From: Spirochaetia bacterium
GTDB taxonomy: Bacteria > Spirochaetota > Spirochaetia > B11-G9
DNA: 64,000 bases
NCBI GenBank assembly: GCA_027859095.1
Contig: JAQIBN010000006.1
Coordinates: forward strand, 18,008 to 82,007
Direction: 5' to 3'
Positions 19,931-30,848 of the stretch are shown in pieces. Every line of letters starts with the position of its first letter. The stretch's first letter is position 1. The notes under the pieces are model-generated. The model had not been told where the DNA came from. It worked only from the letters and a program-made list of their open reading frames with translations, and did no database searches. A program made the position numbers and the translations under genes.

Positions 19931-20827
19931 CTATTTTAGTTTTGGATCCAGAGCATCTCTCAGACCGTCACCAATTAAATTTAATGATAAAACAGTTAAC
20001 ACTATTGCCATTCCAGGATAAAGGACAATATACATATGATCTCGAATATAAGAACGTCCACCAGCAAGCATGCTTCCCCATTCAGGTGTGGGTGGTTGAA
20101 TACCTAATCCCAAAAAACTGAGAGATGCAGTTGCCATAATTGCAGTTGCAACTTTTAAGGTAGCAAAAACTATAATGGGTGCCATAGAATTAGGCAGGAC
20201 ATGTCTCAATATTATAGTGTGATCTTTTGCACCAATGGCTTTTGCAGCTTCAATAAATTCCTGATCTTTAACACTTAATACAGCAGCTCTTACAACTCTG
20301 GCAAAACCAGGGATATTGGAAACTCCAACAGCAATCATTAAATTAAGCATACTTGCACCCAGGGCAGCCACAATGGTAATGGCCAAAAGAACAGCAGGGA
20401 CAGCAAGAAGAACATCAAGAAATCTCATAATAATATTATCAATTTTTCCACCGTAATAACCTGCTATTGCTCCAAGGGTTCCTCCAAGGGTTAAAGCAAT
20501 ACTTACAGAAATAATACCTACAAATAGAGATATACGGGTGCCGTAGACAATTCTTGCAAAAATATCACGACCAAGTTCATCTGTTCCAAACCAATGATCA
20601 GAACCAGGAGTTTGCAGTCTTACCCGAACATTCATTTTTAGTGCATCATCTTCATAACTTACCAATACTGGTGCTAAAATTGCCATAAAAATGAATATGC
20701 CAATAAGTAGCAAGCCAGCTATTGCAGCTTTACTTTTTTTAAGACGTAACCAAACATCAAAAAGCTGGCTTCTTTTTTTTGTTTTTAAGAGTTGTTCAGT
20801 TTTTATTTCTAGGACATCTGCATTCAT
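19931..20827 (-). CDS. dppC: Oligo/dipeptide ABC permease (DppC)
   Basis: HWFGTDELGRD, FIEAAKAIGA, PEWGSML, GDGLRDALDP. Confidence 0.9.
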   Translation of the reverse strand: MNADVLEIKTEQLLKTKKRSQLFDVWLRLKKSKAAIAGLLLIGIFIFMAILAPVLVSYEDDALKMNVRVRLQTPGSDHWFGTDELGRDIFARIVYGTRISLFVGIISVSIALTLGGTLGAIAGYYGGKIDNIIMRFLDVLLAVPAVLLAITIVAALGASMLNLMIAVGVSNIPGFARVVRAAVLSVKDQEFIEAAKAIGAKDHTIILRHVLPNSMAPIIVFATLKVATAIMATASLSFLGLGIQPPTPEWGSMLAGGRSYIRDHMYIVLYPGMAIVLTVLSLNLIGDGLRDALDPKLK

Positions 20828-20838
20828 ATTTACAACTC

Positions 20839-21765
20839 CTATTTGTAATTTTCTTTTATTCTGGGATCAAGATATGCATATAGAATATCTATTAGAAGAT
20901 TTACAATACTAAAAGACAGAGTAAAAACAATAATGCAACCAAGGACCATTGGTGTATCCTTCCGTTGTATCGATTGTACCATCAGTCTTCCAATACCAGG
21001 CCATGAGAAAACTGTTTCAGTCAGAACAGCTCCTCCAAGGAGTACACCAAATTCCAGCCCTATAACAGTAATGGCGGGAATAAGAGCATTTCTAAGAGCA
21101 TGTTTTGTAATAACCTTATTTTTACTAACACCTTTTGCCTTAGCTGTATTTATGTAATCCTGCCTTATCACTTCCAGCATTGAAGATCTGGTTGTTCGGG
21201 TAATACTTGCTGTAGATGCAATTGCCAGAGTAAATGCAGGTAAAATAAGACTCATAACACCACTCATCCCACCAGAGGGAAACCAACCTAAATTTAATGA
21301 AAAAGCAATAATTAGTATTAGTCCAATCCAGAATGATGGCATTGATATTCCTATTAAAGCAAGTATCATACCCAGGTTATCAAAAATTGAATATTGTTTA
21401 GTAGCTGAAATTACACCAATTGGTATAGATATCAAAACTGATAAAATAATTGCAGTAATTGTTAACTTAAAAGTATTTGGAAAACGCTGGCCAATTTCTC
21501 CTGCTACAGATCTACCATCTGCATAGGAAACACCCATATCACCTCTGAGAAGTGAGCCCATATAGCGTCCATATTGAATAATAAGGGGATCATTCAAGCC
21601 CATCTCTTCACGTAATTCAACAATTCGTTCATCAGTTGCACCATCACCTAATATCATTGATGCAACATTTCCAGGTGTTAAACTGATAATAAAAAAGACT
21701 AAAAATATTACACCCAGCATTACTGGTAGCAACAGAAGTAATCTTCTGATTATATATTTTAACAC
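20839..21765 (-). CDS. dppB: Oligo/dipeptide ABC permease (DppB)
   Basis: GTG start after GGAGG; YIIRRL, TRSSMLEV, ETVFSWPGIG, YLDPRI. Confidence 0.9.
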   Translation of the reverse strand: MLKYIIRRLLLLLPVMLGVIFLVFFIISLTPGNVASMILGDGATDERIVELREEMGLNDPLIIQYGRYMGSLLRGDMGVSYADGRSVAGEIGQRFPNTFKLTITAIILSVLISIPIGVISATKQYSIFDNLGMILALIGISMPSFWIGLILIIAFSLNLGWFPSGGMSGVMSLILPAFTLAIASTASITRTTRSSMLEVIRQDYINTAKAKGVSKNKVITKHALRNALIPAITVIGLEFGVLLGGAVLTETVFSWPGIGRLMVQSIQRKDTPMVLGCIIVFTLSFSIVNLLIDILYAYLDPRIKENYK

Positions 21766-21816
21766 AGTACCTCCAATTTGTTCATATTTAATAACAGCAA
21801 TAAATTTTATTAAAAA

Positions 21817-21850
21817 ATGATACAATCCAGTTAATTCCGGATTGTATCAT
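21817..21850 (-). terminator. Stem-loop between SBP and permease genes
   Basis: Perfect 12-bp IR ATGATACAATCC/GGATTGTATCAT with T-run on the minus strand. Confidence 0.7.
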
Positions 21851-21886
21851 AAACTTTTTATTTAAAAAAAATGTACAGTTTTATAA

Positions 21887-23398
21887 TTAAAAATGTATTT
21901 TTTCAATATTCCATAATCCCTGAGGACTTAATTCCACACCTTTTAAGGAAGCGTTGGATCCAACAAGAATATTATTTACAAAAAGAGGAACCATTGTGGC
22001 TTGATTCATAACATACTCATGAAATTCATTGTATGTTTTTTCACGTTGTCCAAGATCAAGTTCTTCTCTTCCATCTTTTAACATTTGATCAATTTTAGGG
22101 TCATTAATTCTACTAAAATTCATTCCATTAATATTACCAGAGAAAAATCGAGGTGTTAAAGTTGCATCTGGATCAGGATTAGATGTCCAGGCAAGTACTA
22201 ATGATTCAAAATTTCCATTTATAGCAGAATCAATAAAAGTACCCCATTCAAGCATTTCAATGGAAGCAGTAACCCCAACATCCATTAAGCTTGCCTGTAT
22301 AACTTCTGCCATTCTTTTTCTATCATCTCCGGAAGTTGTAATTGTAATTTCGAATCCATCAGGATAACCAGCCTGGGCAAATAATTCTTTTGCTTTTTCA
22401 GGATTATATGAATATGGACCAGCTTTATATCCTAAAAATGATGGAGCTAAAACAGAATCTGCCTGAATACCAGCACCTTCAAGAGCGACAATAATAATTG
22501 CTTCTTTATCTATTGCATAGTTCATTGCCTGACGAACTAATTGATTATCAAAAGGAGCTTTTTCAGTATTCATTTCAAAGAAATTCAAACGTGTAGAAGG
22601 CACCTCATGTAATTTCAATTCTCCATTATCAGAAACCTTATTCTTATCAATCGTTTGAACTTCTGCAATAACATCAACTTCACCTGTTTCCAGTGCAATT
22701 GTCCTGGAAGTTCCTTCTGGTATAACCTTAAAAGTAATCTTAGAGGATTGTCCCATATTATTTTTATCAAAATAGTTGTCATACTTATCTACAACTACCT
22801 TATCACCTGAAACCCATTCAGTAAAAACATAAGGTCCAGAACCTACCGGATTAGCAAACTCATCTCCTGACTCAATATATGCCTTTGGAAGTATAGATGT
22901 TCCGGCATGAACCAATGTGTATAAAAAAGGAGCAAATGCAGAGTTAGTAGTAACTTTGACAGTATATTTATCAACAACATCAACGGATTTAACTTCACTT
23001 AAGACCTGTTGAACCTTAGGCATCTCTTTTGAACGATTTAAACTAAATGCTACATCTTCAGCTGTCATTTCACTTCCATCATGAAACATAACACCTTCTT
23101 TAATTTTTATAAGCCATTCAGTTTCTGATGGTTGCTCCCAGGATTCTGCAAGGTCTGGTACAACTTTAAAATCTGTATTTAGTTTAAATAACCTGTTAAA
23201 TACTAAAAAAGATACTTTTTCAGATTTGGTATCATTATGACCTTGTGGATCCAAAGATGTGATACCAGCGCTCAATGCAACTGTAAGTTCATCATTTGTC
23301 TGTTCCTGTACATCCTGTCCACCTCCTGCAAATGCCATCAGGGAAACACACATTAAAATTACCGCGAAATACACTGTTAGTTTTGTTTTGTATTTCAT
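21887..23398 (-). CDS. dppA: Peptide ABC substrate-binding protein (family 5)
   Basis: FAGGGQ leader, SLDP, PDLAESW, FHDGS, GSGPY, VRQAMNYAID. Confidence 0.9.
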   Translation of the reverse strand: MKYKTKLTVYFAVILMCVSLMAFAGGGQDVQEQTNDELTVALSAGITSLDPQGHNDTKSEKVSFLVFNRLFKLNTDFKVVPDLAESWEQPSETEWLIKIKEGVMFHDGSEMTAEDVAFSLNRSKEMPKVQQVLSEVKSVDVVDKYTVKVTTNSAFAPFLYTLVHAGTSILPKAYIESGDEFANPVGSGPYVFTEWVSGDKVVVDKYDNYFDKNNMGQSSKITFKVIPEGTSRTIALETGEVDVIAEVQTIDKNKVSDNGELKLHEVPSTRLNFFEMNTEKAPFDNQLVRQAMNYAIDKEAIIIVALEGAGIQADSVLAPSFLGYKAGPYSYNPEKAKELFAQAGYPDGFEITITTSGDDRKRMAEVIQASLMDVGVTASIEMLEWGTFIDSAINGNFESLVLAWTSNPDPDATLTPRFFSGNINGMNFSRINDPKIDQMLKDGREELDLGQREKTYNEFHEYVMNQATMVPLFVNNILVGSNASLKGVELSPQGLWNIEKIHF

Positions 23399-23511
23399 AT
23401 TCTACTCCTCCTAAATATTTTAACAAGCTTAAAAGCCTGCTGTATAACTAATTTTTAATCCATATAACAGCAAATACTCCAATCAAATATCAGATTACCC
23501 GCTGCAATAGA

Positions 23512-24576
23512 TTAGAATTTTTCTGCAAAATCAATTAATACCCTCTCCAGGTAATCTATTGAACCAGACTCAACATACTCATCATTCCCATGCCAATAGT
23601 TACCTCTGGGACCCAATTCAATAGCCGGTATACCCTTTGAAGAAAAAAACCGTGTGTCCGAACCACCATGCTGGACCTCCAGATTAGTAGTTTCTTCAGG
23701 CATAACATGAACAATTGATTCCATCAGCTGCTGAATATAGTGATTATCAGGCTTCGTATTAACGTCAGGTTCAATTGCTAATACACTAACCTCCCCATCA
23801 ACAATCTTTCGAATCTCATCTATAATATCTTCAGGATCAATATCAGGAACATAGCGAATATCCAGCCCCATAACGCATCTGTCCGGTATTCTGTTATAGA
23901 TATCTCCACCATTAATTTTTGCAAGATTTACAGTCGAACTTTCATAGAAATCAGATCCGATATTCAAAATTGGTAATTTCTCAATTTTTGAAAAATTTTC
24001 CAGAGCTTTAAGTATTGCATTCTCACCCTCCCATGGACGGGAACCATGAGCTGCAACACCTCTTGATTCAACATCTAATCTAACAATTCCCTTGGATTGG
24101 ATAGAAATTTTAAGATTTGTCGGCTCAGTACAGATAACAAAGTCTCCGATATATCCCTGTTCAACAAGATAGCGTGTACCGTGCTTACCCCCAGTCTCTT
24201 CATCGGGTACTAACTGCAGCATAATCCGGTTTTTCAGATTCCTGTTCCTAAGCCTTATCATTGCCTGAATCATGGCAACACATCCGCCTTTCATATCCGC
24301 GGAACCCCTACCGAAAATTTTTCCATTATCTTCAAAAGGTTCAAACTGGGTCTCTTTACCGGAAACTACATCCAGATGACCGTTAAGAATAAGAGTCTTA
24401 TCACCATTCCCGATTGTTGCCACATAACTCTTGTATCCATTGTTTTCAATTATCTCTCCTGGAACACCATTTTCATTCAAATACTCAGAGCAAACCTCAA
24501 TTGCTCTATTACTGTTTTCAAGAGTTGAAGAATCAATCCGTATTAATTTTTTTAAAAGACCTATAGAATCTGTCAA
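23512..24576 (-). CDS. M20 metallo-hydrolase (ArgE/DapE family)
   Basis: GHLDVV, GRGSADMKGG, PDEETGG, AHGSRP, WHGNDE. Confidence 0.9.
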   Translation of the reverse strand: MTDSIGLLKKLIRIDSSTLENSNRAIEVCSEYLNENGVPGEIIENNGYKSYVATIGNGDKTLILNGHLDVVSGKETQFEPFEDNGKIFGRGSADMKGGCVAMIQAMIRLRNRNLKNRIMLQLVPDEETGGKHGTRYLVEQGYIGDFVICTEPTNLKISIQSKGIVRLDVESRGVAAHGSRPWEGENAILKALENFSKIEKLPILNIGSDFYESSTVNLAKINGGDIYNRIPDRCVMGLDIRYVPDIDPEDIIDEIRKIVDGEVSVLAIEPDVNTKPDNHYIQQLMESIVHVMPEETTNLEVQHGGSDTRFFSSKGIPAIELGPRGNYWHGNDEYVESGSIDYLERVLIDFAEKF

Positions 24577-26492
24577 ATCATTCCCCTTTTTAGAAACCTG
24601 TCAAACCAGGACAATAATTCACTGTATCTGCGTTTTTTATTTTGAGGTTTTCCCCGGACAACCAAACCGTGAGTCTCTTCATCAAACAAACACATCCGCG
24701 TCTCAACACCATGATAGTTAAGAGCACTAAACATATTGATAGATTCTGAATAATGACAGCGATAATCATTTTTCCCATGAATAAATAAAGTCGGTGTTGT
24801 CACTCTGTGAGCCTGGTAAACAGGAGAAGCTTCCATCAGTACGACAGGATCTGTCCAGGGTGTGGCTTCATTGCCCATATATTCAAAAATAAACTGATAT
24901 CCAATATCTGACGATGTAAAAGAGGTCATCAGATTACTTATTCCCCTTTCAGCAACAGCGGCTTTAAAACGGTTTGTATGTGAAATAATATAATTTGTCA
25001 TGTATCCGCCGTAGGACCCTCCAGTAACCCCCAAACGGTCCCTATCAATAGAGGGATAATTGTCTAGAACTTTATCAGTAAACGCCATTAACTGTTTATG
25101 AGGGAGTTCGCCAAAGTGACCCCTTATATTTGCAAAGCTGTCTCCCCTTCCGTCACTGCCCATGGGATTGGCACAAAATACATAATATCCATTTCCACAA
25201 AGAAGTTGAATGTCGTGAGCAAAGATGTCTGAGTAGATCATCTTAGGCCCCCCATGAATAAGGAGTACTGCCGGACAGGGGTGATTCTCCTGGGCACCTA
25301 CCGGAGGAAATACATATCCGTCAATCTCAACATCATCAACAAATACTGACATTTTTTCCGCTTTTGATAGCAGGAGCTCATCCACCCACTGATTGTAATG
25401 TGACACTTGTCTGGTTCCTGAATTATCCGAAAAGTATATCTCGCTGAGTTTAAGGTCTTTTAAACCAATCAGTACTATTCCATTATCAATTACATTGAAG
25501 CTTCCGATTATCTTCATACCTGTTTCAACTGCATCACAATCACCAGCCAAATTTATCCGATAAAGCATATCTCTGTCTCTCGCAACAAGTTTAAAATATA
25601 ATTCATCCCGATATCTTTGGACTGGTAAAGATGTTGAAAAAAATGAATCTGTTACAATACCTGGATGCTCATTGCTTTTATCCGGAAGTTTACCCAGAAC
25701 CCCGGACTCTCCTGTTTCAGTATCAACCTTGTAAATCTGAGGATTATCATTTCGACTGTTAGTTTCCATATCAACACCGAAGAAAACAACTGTATCCTCT
25801 GTCATTGATTTTATATAACTAATTCTAAAAGGACGGTCATTAAGCAGCTTCATTGACTCCGATTCCAGATTATAAAAATATATGCTTGAAACGATCGGTT
25901 TTAAATTCTTAACTGCATAGGCTGTAAATATTATTCTGTTATTGTCAAAATCGAAATCCGTCTTGTCAATATCCATATCAAGTGAACTGACCATTGTAAT
26001 ATCTTTTCCATCAAGATCCGATTGAAATAAACCAATAACGCCTTTACCTACAATGCCCCGGCCCTCCTGATAAAATGGTCCGTTCTGACTGCATTGAACT
26101 GCAGCATTGGTGTCAGATCTCTGAACTTCCATTGTAAAAAACAATTTTGATTCATTAAAGGCAAAATCGTCAACTGTAAAAGGGATGGTCATCATTTCAC
26201 TGACAGAACCATTTACCGGATTATATGAATAAAATATAGTGTTATCATCCGAAAAGTGTTTGAAAATAATTTCATCTTCAACAAACCGGAAATCTTCCGG
26301 TTCAAATGAAAGATCAATTTTTTTTATTTTAAGCTCCCTAAGCTCCAACAGAAAAACATCTTTACGGTAAACGTTTTTCTCCTGATCGAGGGTATAGTCA
26401 AAGTACAATCCGAAGGTTTTAGTTTTATTAATTTTCAGATTGGTTAAAATATGGTTTTTCAGAAAATCTTCCAGCCTAATTTTATTGTACAT
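24573..26492 (-). CDS. S9 family peptidase (acylaminoacyl/dipeptidyl peptidase)
   Basis: IHGGP, GGSYGG nucleophile, DYRC Asp, ETHG His. Confidence 0.92.
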   Translation of the reverse strand: MYNKIRLEDFLKNHILTNLKINKTKTFGLYFDYTLDQEKNVYRKDVFLLELRELKIKKIDLSFEPEDFRFVEDEIIFKHFSDDNTIFYSYNPVNGSVSEMMTIPFTVDDFAFNESKLFFTMEVQRSDTNAAVQCSQNGPFYQEGRGIVGKGVIGLFQSDLDGKDITMVSSLDMDIDKTDFDFDNNRIIFTAYAVKNLKPIVSSIYFYNLESESMKLLNDRPFRISYIKSMTEDTVVFFGVDMETNSRNDNPQIYKVDTETGESGVLGKLPDKSNEHPGIVTDSFFSTSLPVQRYRDELYFKLVARDRDMLYRINLAGDCDAVETGMKIIGSFNVIDNGIVLIGLKDLKLSEIYFSDNSGTRQVSHYNQWVDELLLSKAEKMSVFVDDVEIDGYVFPPVGAQENHPCPAVLLIHGGPKMIYSDIFAHDIQLLCGNGYYVFCANPMGSDGRGDSFANIRGHFGELPHKQLMAFTDKVLDNYPSIDRDRLGVTGGSYGGYMTNYIISHTNRFKAAVAERGISNLMTSFTSSDIGYQFIFEYMGNEATPWTDPVVLMEASPVYQAHRVTTPTLFIHGKNDYRCHYSESINMFSALNYHGVETRMCLFDEETHGLVVRGKPQNKKRRYSELLSWFDRFLKRGMI

Positions 26493-26515
26493 TCCACCAC
26501 CTTCAACAATATCTA

Positions 26516-26531
26516 TGCAAGAAGTGTGCCA
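26516..26531 (-). promoter_or_regulatory. Sigma54 (-24/-12) promoter of the peptidase-Dpp operon
   Basis: Minus strand TGGCACACTTCTTGCA, GG-N10-GC. Confidence 0.85.
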
Positions 26532-26678
26532 AATACTAATAGATAGGAAAAAATAATATAGATCAATGGCTTACTTATAAAGAAAATCGGAATAATCTTC
26601 CTATCCTGCAAACATGAGTACAGACAATTGTTAAGGTATTGAATATATTATACGAATGTTACAGGAGAGAAAGAGATT

Positions 26679-28736
26679 ATGAAAACGATCGCTATTGTAT
26701 CAGACTCCGCATACAGTGGAAAAGATCTCGTTGCTGTTGGAGAAACTATAAAAAAGAATATCCTTGAGGTATTTGACAAACAAGTTACTGTTTCCAATTA
26801 TCATATTGACCAACTTTCGGAGGGAGACATCATTGATGAAGACCTTGTTGTTGTTATGGCCGGAAGCAGAGCTATTAAAGTAAAAAACTTTGTTTCCAAT
26901 CATGATAAAATTATTGTTGCCAGACGTACCTTTTCAAAACACGGTATTTATCAGCTTTTCAGTATTCCGGAAGGAACTGATGTACTTGTTGTTAATGATA
27001 ATATAGAAACAGTCCTTGACTCTATTTCCTCTCTCTACCACATCGGAGTGAAGCATGTAAATCTTATTCCATTTATTCCGGAGAAGGATTATCACCACAT
27101 TAATCATGCTGTTTCACCTTCTGAACCGAAACTTGTCCCTAATTATATCAAACATGTATATGATGTCGGGAGCAGGGTTATCGATATTCCAACAATGCTG
27201 TTGATAATCAGTATGTTGCAGATAAATGATAAACAGACTCAGCAGAAATTATATAATTACAACCAGAAAATATTCAGTCCCAATGAAGGGATAATACAGA
27301 ATTACACCAATTTACTGACACGGACCGAGGAGATGGACCAGCTCCTTGATCTTTCTCATGACGGTATTCTGCTGACTGACAGGAACGGTAAAATACTGAT
27401 TTATAATAAAAAATTTAAAAACATTTTCGAAATTACGAATAACCCGGAAGGAAAATACCTTCACGATATTGTGAAGGATCCTAATCTTGATAAATACTAT
27501 AAAAATGACTTTCACAACGATCTGGTAACTTTTAAAAAGAAAATTATTAATCTTGAAAAAAGGGATGTAGTACACTTTGACCAGGAAATTCGTATGTATT
27601 TCAGCTTTCAGGAGGTAACTCATATAAAGAAACTTGAGCAAAACCTCAGCCAGAAACTCCGCCAAAAGGGACAGATAGCACGATATACTTTTGACGATAT
27701 TATATGCACATCAAAAGATATAAAAACAATCAAGAAGAAAGCCGAAAAAATTGCATCAACCGATTTGACTATTATGATAACAGGCGAAAGCGGAACCGGT
27801 AAGGAAATTCTTGCTCAGGCCATACATAATGCCTCTCCACGGCACAAACAACCGTTCATAGCTATTAACAGTGCAGCAATCCCCGAAAATCTTATTGAGA
27901 GTGAGCTTTTCGGATATGCAAGCGGTTCTTTCACAGGAGCATTGAAAAGCGGCAGAAAAGGACTCTTTGAACAGGCTAACAACGGTACAATCTTTCTAGA
28001 TGAAATTGGAGATATGCCAAAACATCTCCAATCAAAACTTCTGAGAGTTTTACAGGAAAGACAACTTACTCCAATAGGGTCAGACAGAATCATTGATATT
28101 GATGTAAGAGTAATTGCCGCATCTCACAGAAATCCCAGAGAGATGATTAAAGACGACAGTTTCAGAAAGGATTTATTTTACAGACTGAATGTATTTCCCC
28201 TTGAACTCCCTCCCCTTAGAAGACGACCAGAAGATATTCCTATATTGCTACAAAATTTTACAAATAATAGATTTACTTTCAGCGGAGACTGCATAAATCA
28301 TATGATGAACTACGACTGGCCGGGAAATATTCGCGAACTAAATAACGTTGCTCAGTATATTACTACAATAGAAGAAAACGAAGTGGTTAATATCGATTCA
28401 TTACCCTATTATCTTAGTACACAGTCCGGCCTGGGCACATGGCAATCGGGTAACATATCATATCAAACAGAAAGAATGATACTGGAACAAAAAACTGCTC
28501 TTACAACAGCTGTATCAACCCTTAAAGCCATACAATTACTTAATAGAATAGATAAAACAGCTGGAAGAAAGCATATTATGGGAATACTTGGACAGAAGAA
28601 TATACTGGTTAGTGAAAGCCGTCTGAGAAAAATCATAGCAGCACTTCAATTAACAGAATTAATTATAACAAAAAAAGGGCGTAACGGCAGTTATACTACA
28701 GAAAAGGGCAATCATTTTTTATCAGACTTTCCCTAA
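26679..28736 (+). CDS. Sigma54-dependent transcriptional activator (PAS-like + AAA+ + winged helix)
   Basis: GESGTGKE, ESELFGY, GSFTGA, FLDEIGDM, FRKDLFYRL, WPGNIREL. Confidence 0.93.
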   Translation: MKTIAIVSDSAYSGKDLVAVGETIKKNILEVFDKQVTVSNYHIDQLSEGDIIDEDLVVVMAGSRAIKVKNFVSNHDKIIVARRTFSKHGIYQLFSIPEGTDVLVVNDNIETVLDSISSLYHIGVKHVNLIPFIPEKDYHHINHAVSPSEPKLVPNYIKHVYDVGSRVIDIPTMLLIISMLQINDKQTQQKLYNYNQKIFSPNEGIIQNYTNLLTRTEEMDQLLDLSHDGILLTDRNGKILIYNKKFKNIFEITNNPEGKYLHDIVKDPNLDKYYKNDFHNDLVTFKKKIINLEKRDVVHFDQEIRMYFSFQEVTHIKKLEQNLSQKLRQKGQIARYTFDDIICTSKDIKTIKKKAEKIASTDLTIMITGESGTGKEILAQAIHNASPRHKQPFIAINSAAIPENLIESELFGYASGSFTGALKSGRKGLFEQANNGTIFLDEIGDMPKHLQSKLLRVLQERQLTPIGSDRIIDIDVRVIAASHRNPREMIKDDSFRKDLFYRLNVFPLELPPLRRRPEDIPILLQNFTNNRFTFSGDCINHMMNYDWPGNIRELNNVAQYITTIEENEVVNIDSLPYYLSTQSGLGTWQSGNISYQTERMILEQKTALTTAVSTLKAIQLLNRIDKTAGRKHIMGILGQKNILVSESRLRKIIAALQLTELIITKKGRNGSYTTEKGNHFLSDFP

Positions 28737-28838
28737 TAAGAGAGTTTATAGGTTAGTAAACAGGTTTTAATTCCTGTTTATCAACCTGTTTATAGATTTT
28801 ACATTATTCCAGAATAGGATTTTCCCATAAGGGCAGTT

Positions 28839-29018
28839 AACATCAGAATCCCTGAATGCCTCTTCAGCGCAGTCAATAACCAGAAACTCAAGATCTGTAA
28901 GTTCCTTCATCTTTGCAACAAACTTAATACTTGTTTCTTTATTTAAATCGAAAACCTTACAAAACTTTAAAGAGGGTACTCCTTCTTTTATAGCAAGTAT
29001 TTGTGTTATTCCCTGGGT
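28839..29018 (-). pseudogene. Internal fragment of ornithine cyclodeaminase/mu-crystallin family gene
   Basis: TQGITQILAIKEGVPSLKFCKVFDLNKETSIKFVAKM...CAEEAFRDSDV; no start or flanking domains. Confidence 0.6.
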
Positions 29019-29068
29019 ATTCCATACTTCTCGGGGTTATGAGGTTTAGATGGAATAAATATATAAAT

Positions 29069-30517
29069 TCAGGATTTTTTATATACAGGAGGCCTTCTAA
29101 AACCGGATATTTTTTCATAGGCAGCGGCTATTTGTATAAGCTTCAATTCTGATTTGGATTTTCCAAAAAAAGATATCCCAACAGGCAGACCATGTATAAA
29201 TCCAGCCGGAACTGTAATATTCGGATAACCTGCTGCTGCTGCAGGAGATGAGCTTCCCAGGGTAAAGTGATCTCCGTTAATCAAGTCTGTTTTCCAGGCT
29301 GGACTGCCCGATGGTGCAATCAGGGCATCCAGATAATGCTTAGTAATCAATGCATCAATTCCTTTTTTTCCTGATAAGTTCCTGGATTTCCTGAGAGCTG
29401 ACCGGTATCTCCTATCTGTAAGTGAACTCTTTTTATCCGCCATTTCCAGAATTTCCTGGCTAAACCAAGGCATAATAACAGTATGATGGGATTTATTATA
29501 AGAAATTAGGTCGCTAAGTGATTGCACCCCGGACTCTACCATGCATGTTTCAAGATATCTGTTTAGACCATCTTTAAACTCATAGAGAAGTACCTCAAAC
29601 TCCGCATCATCAAATTTCCCCTTTGTTTCTAAATGTGTATCAACAATAATGGTCCCTGCTTCTTTCATTAAATCAACAGACTCATTAATTATTCCATCTA
29701 CATCAGAATTAATTCCAAAATAATTTCTCACCACACCAATTCTTTTGCCCGCTAAAGGCTCCAAACCAGCTGTCGCAATTGTTTTATATTCCGATTTGGA
29801 GGAAGTGCCCGCAATAACACTTAAAACAAGAGCCGCATCACCAACAGATCTTGTCATAGGTCCAGCAGTGTCCTGACTATGAGAAATGGGAATAATACCC
29901 TTCTGACTTACCAGCCCCAGTGTTGGTTTTATCCCAACTATTCCATTGGAAGATGATGGGCATATTATAGAACCATCTGTTTCAGTCCCTATTGCAGCAG
30001 CACAAAGATTGGCGGAGACAGCGACACCGGAACCTGAACTGGATCCACAGGGACTGCGATCTAAAATATAGGGGTTTTTTGTTTGCCCTCCCTGACTGCT
30101 CCAGCCTGAAGATGATTTTGTAGATCTGAAATTAGCCCATTCACTCAGGTTTGTTTTGCCAAGAATAATTGCCCCAGCATTCCTTAGCTTTGAGACTATT
30201 TCCGCATCAGCTGCAGGAATATTTCCAGCAAGAGCAAGGGAACCAGCTGCTGTTGTCATAGAATCGCAGGTACCTATATTACCTTTTATAAGTATAGGTA
30301 TCCCTGATAAAATCCCTGAACATTCTCCATTATCAATTTTTCTTGCAATATCTCTTGCATCAGGATTAATTTCCAGTACAGAGTTAAGTTCAGGTCCCTT
30401 TTTATCAATCTTTTCAATTCTGTCTAAATAGAAATCTACCAGCTCAAGGGAACTTAACTTCCTATTCTCAATGAGTTTTTTAAGATCAGAGATCCCCATC
30501 TCACATAGCTCATTCAC
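29069..30517 (-). CDS. Amidase signature family enzyme
   Basis: GIPILIKGNI, GKTNLSEWANFRS, GSSSGS, GTETDGSI; GTG start after GGAG. Confidence 0.93.
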   Translation of the reverse strand: MNELCEMGISDLKKLIENRKLSSLELVDFYLDRIEKIDKKGPELNSVLEINPDARDIARKIDNGECSGILSGIPILIKGNIGTCDSMTTAAGSLALAGNIPAADAEIVSKLRNAGAIILGKTNLSEWANFRSTKSSSGWSSQGGQTKNPYILDRSPCGSSSGSGVAVSANLCAAAIGTETDGSIICPSSSNGIVGIKPTLGLVSQKGIIPISHSQDTAGPMTRSVGDAALVLSVIAGTSSKSEYKTIATAGLEPLAGKRIGVVRNYFGINSDVDGIINESVDLMKEAGTIIVDTHLETKGKFDDAEFEVLLYEFKDGLNRYLETCMVESGVQSLSDLISYNKSHHTVIMPWFSQEILEMADKKSSLTDRRYRSALRKSRNLSGKKGIDALITKHYLDALIAPSGSPAWKTDLINGDHFTLGSSSPAAAAGYPNITVPAGFIHGLPVGISFFGKSKSELKLIQIAAAYEKISGFRRPPVYKKS

Positions 30518-30848
30518 CTTTATTACTCCTGCAATTTTTTCTATTTCCCCATGTCCAGCTGGTTCTAAGCCCACAAAGATCACGGGCTGGAATAGAACTG
30601 ACTGATGCTGTTAATAAACTTATATCAACTAAACTGATCTGACAAGAAGTCTTTGGTTACCCACAGAACGGGCGTTTAGATTCATGTATTCCAGAATTGA
30701 AATCAAGATTCTATATAAGTTATAATACCACAAAAGGTATATTTAGGGTAAAGAAGAATCCAGAGGACCATATAACTAATTTAGAAAGCCTCTTGAAACC
30801 AATACGAAAGATATTGTAAACTATTCACGCATATCAAAGGAGTTTCTA

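Noticed and set aside
30518..30700. N-terminal extension of the amidase or an upstream gene remnant
   Set aside because: A better GTG start with SD lies at 30517; the upstream frames have stops or no recognisable family
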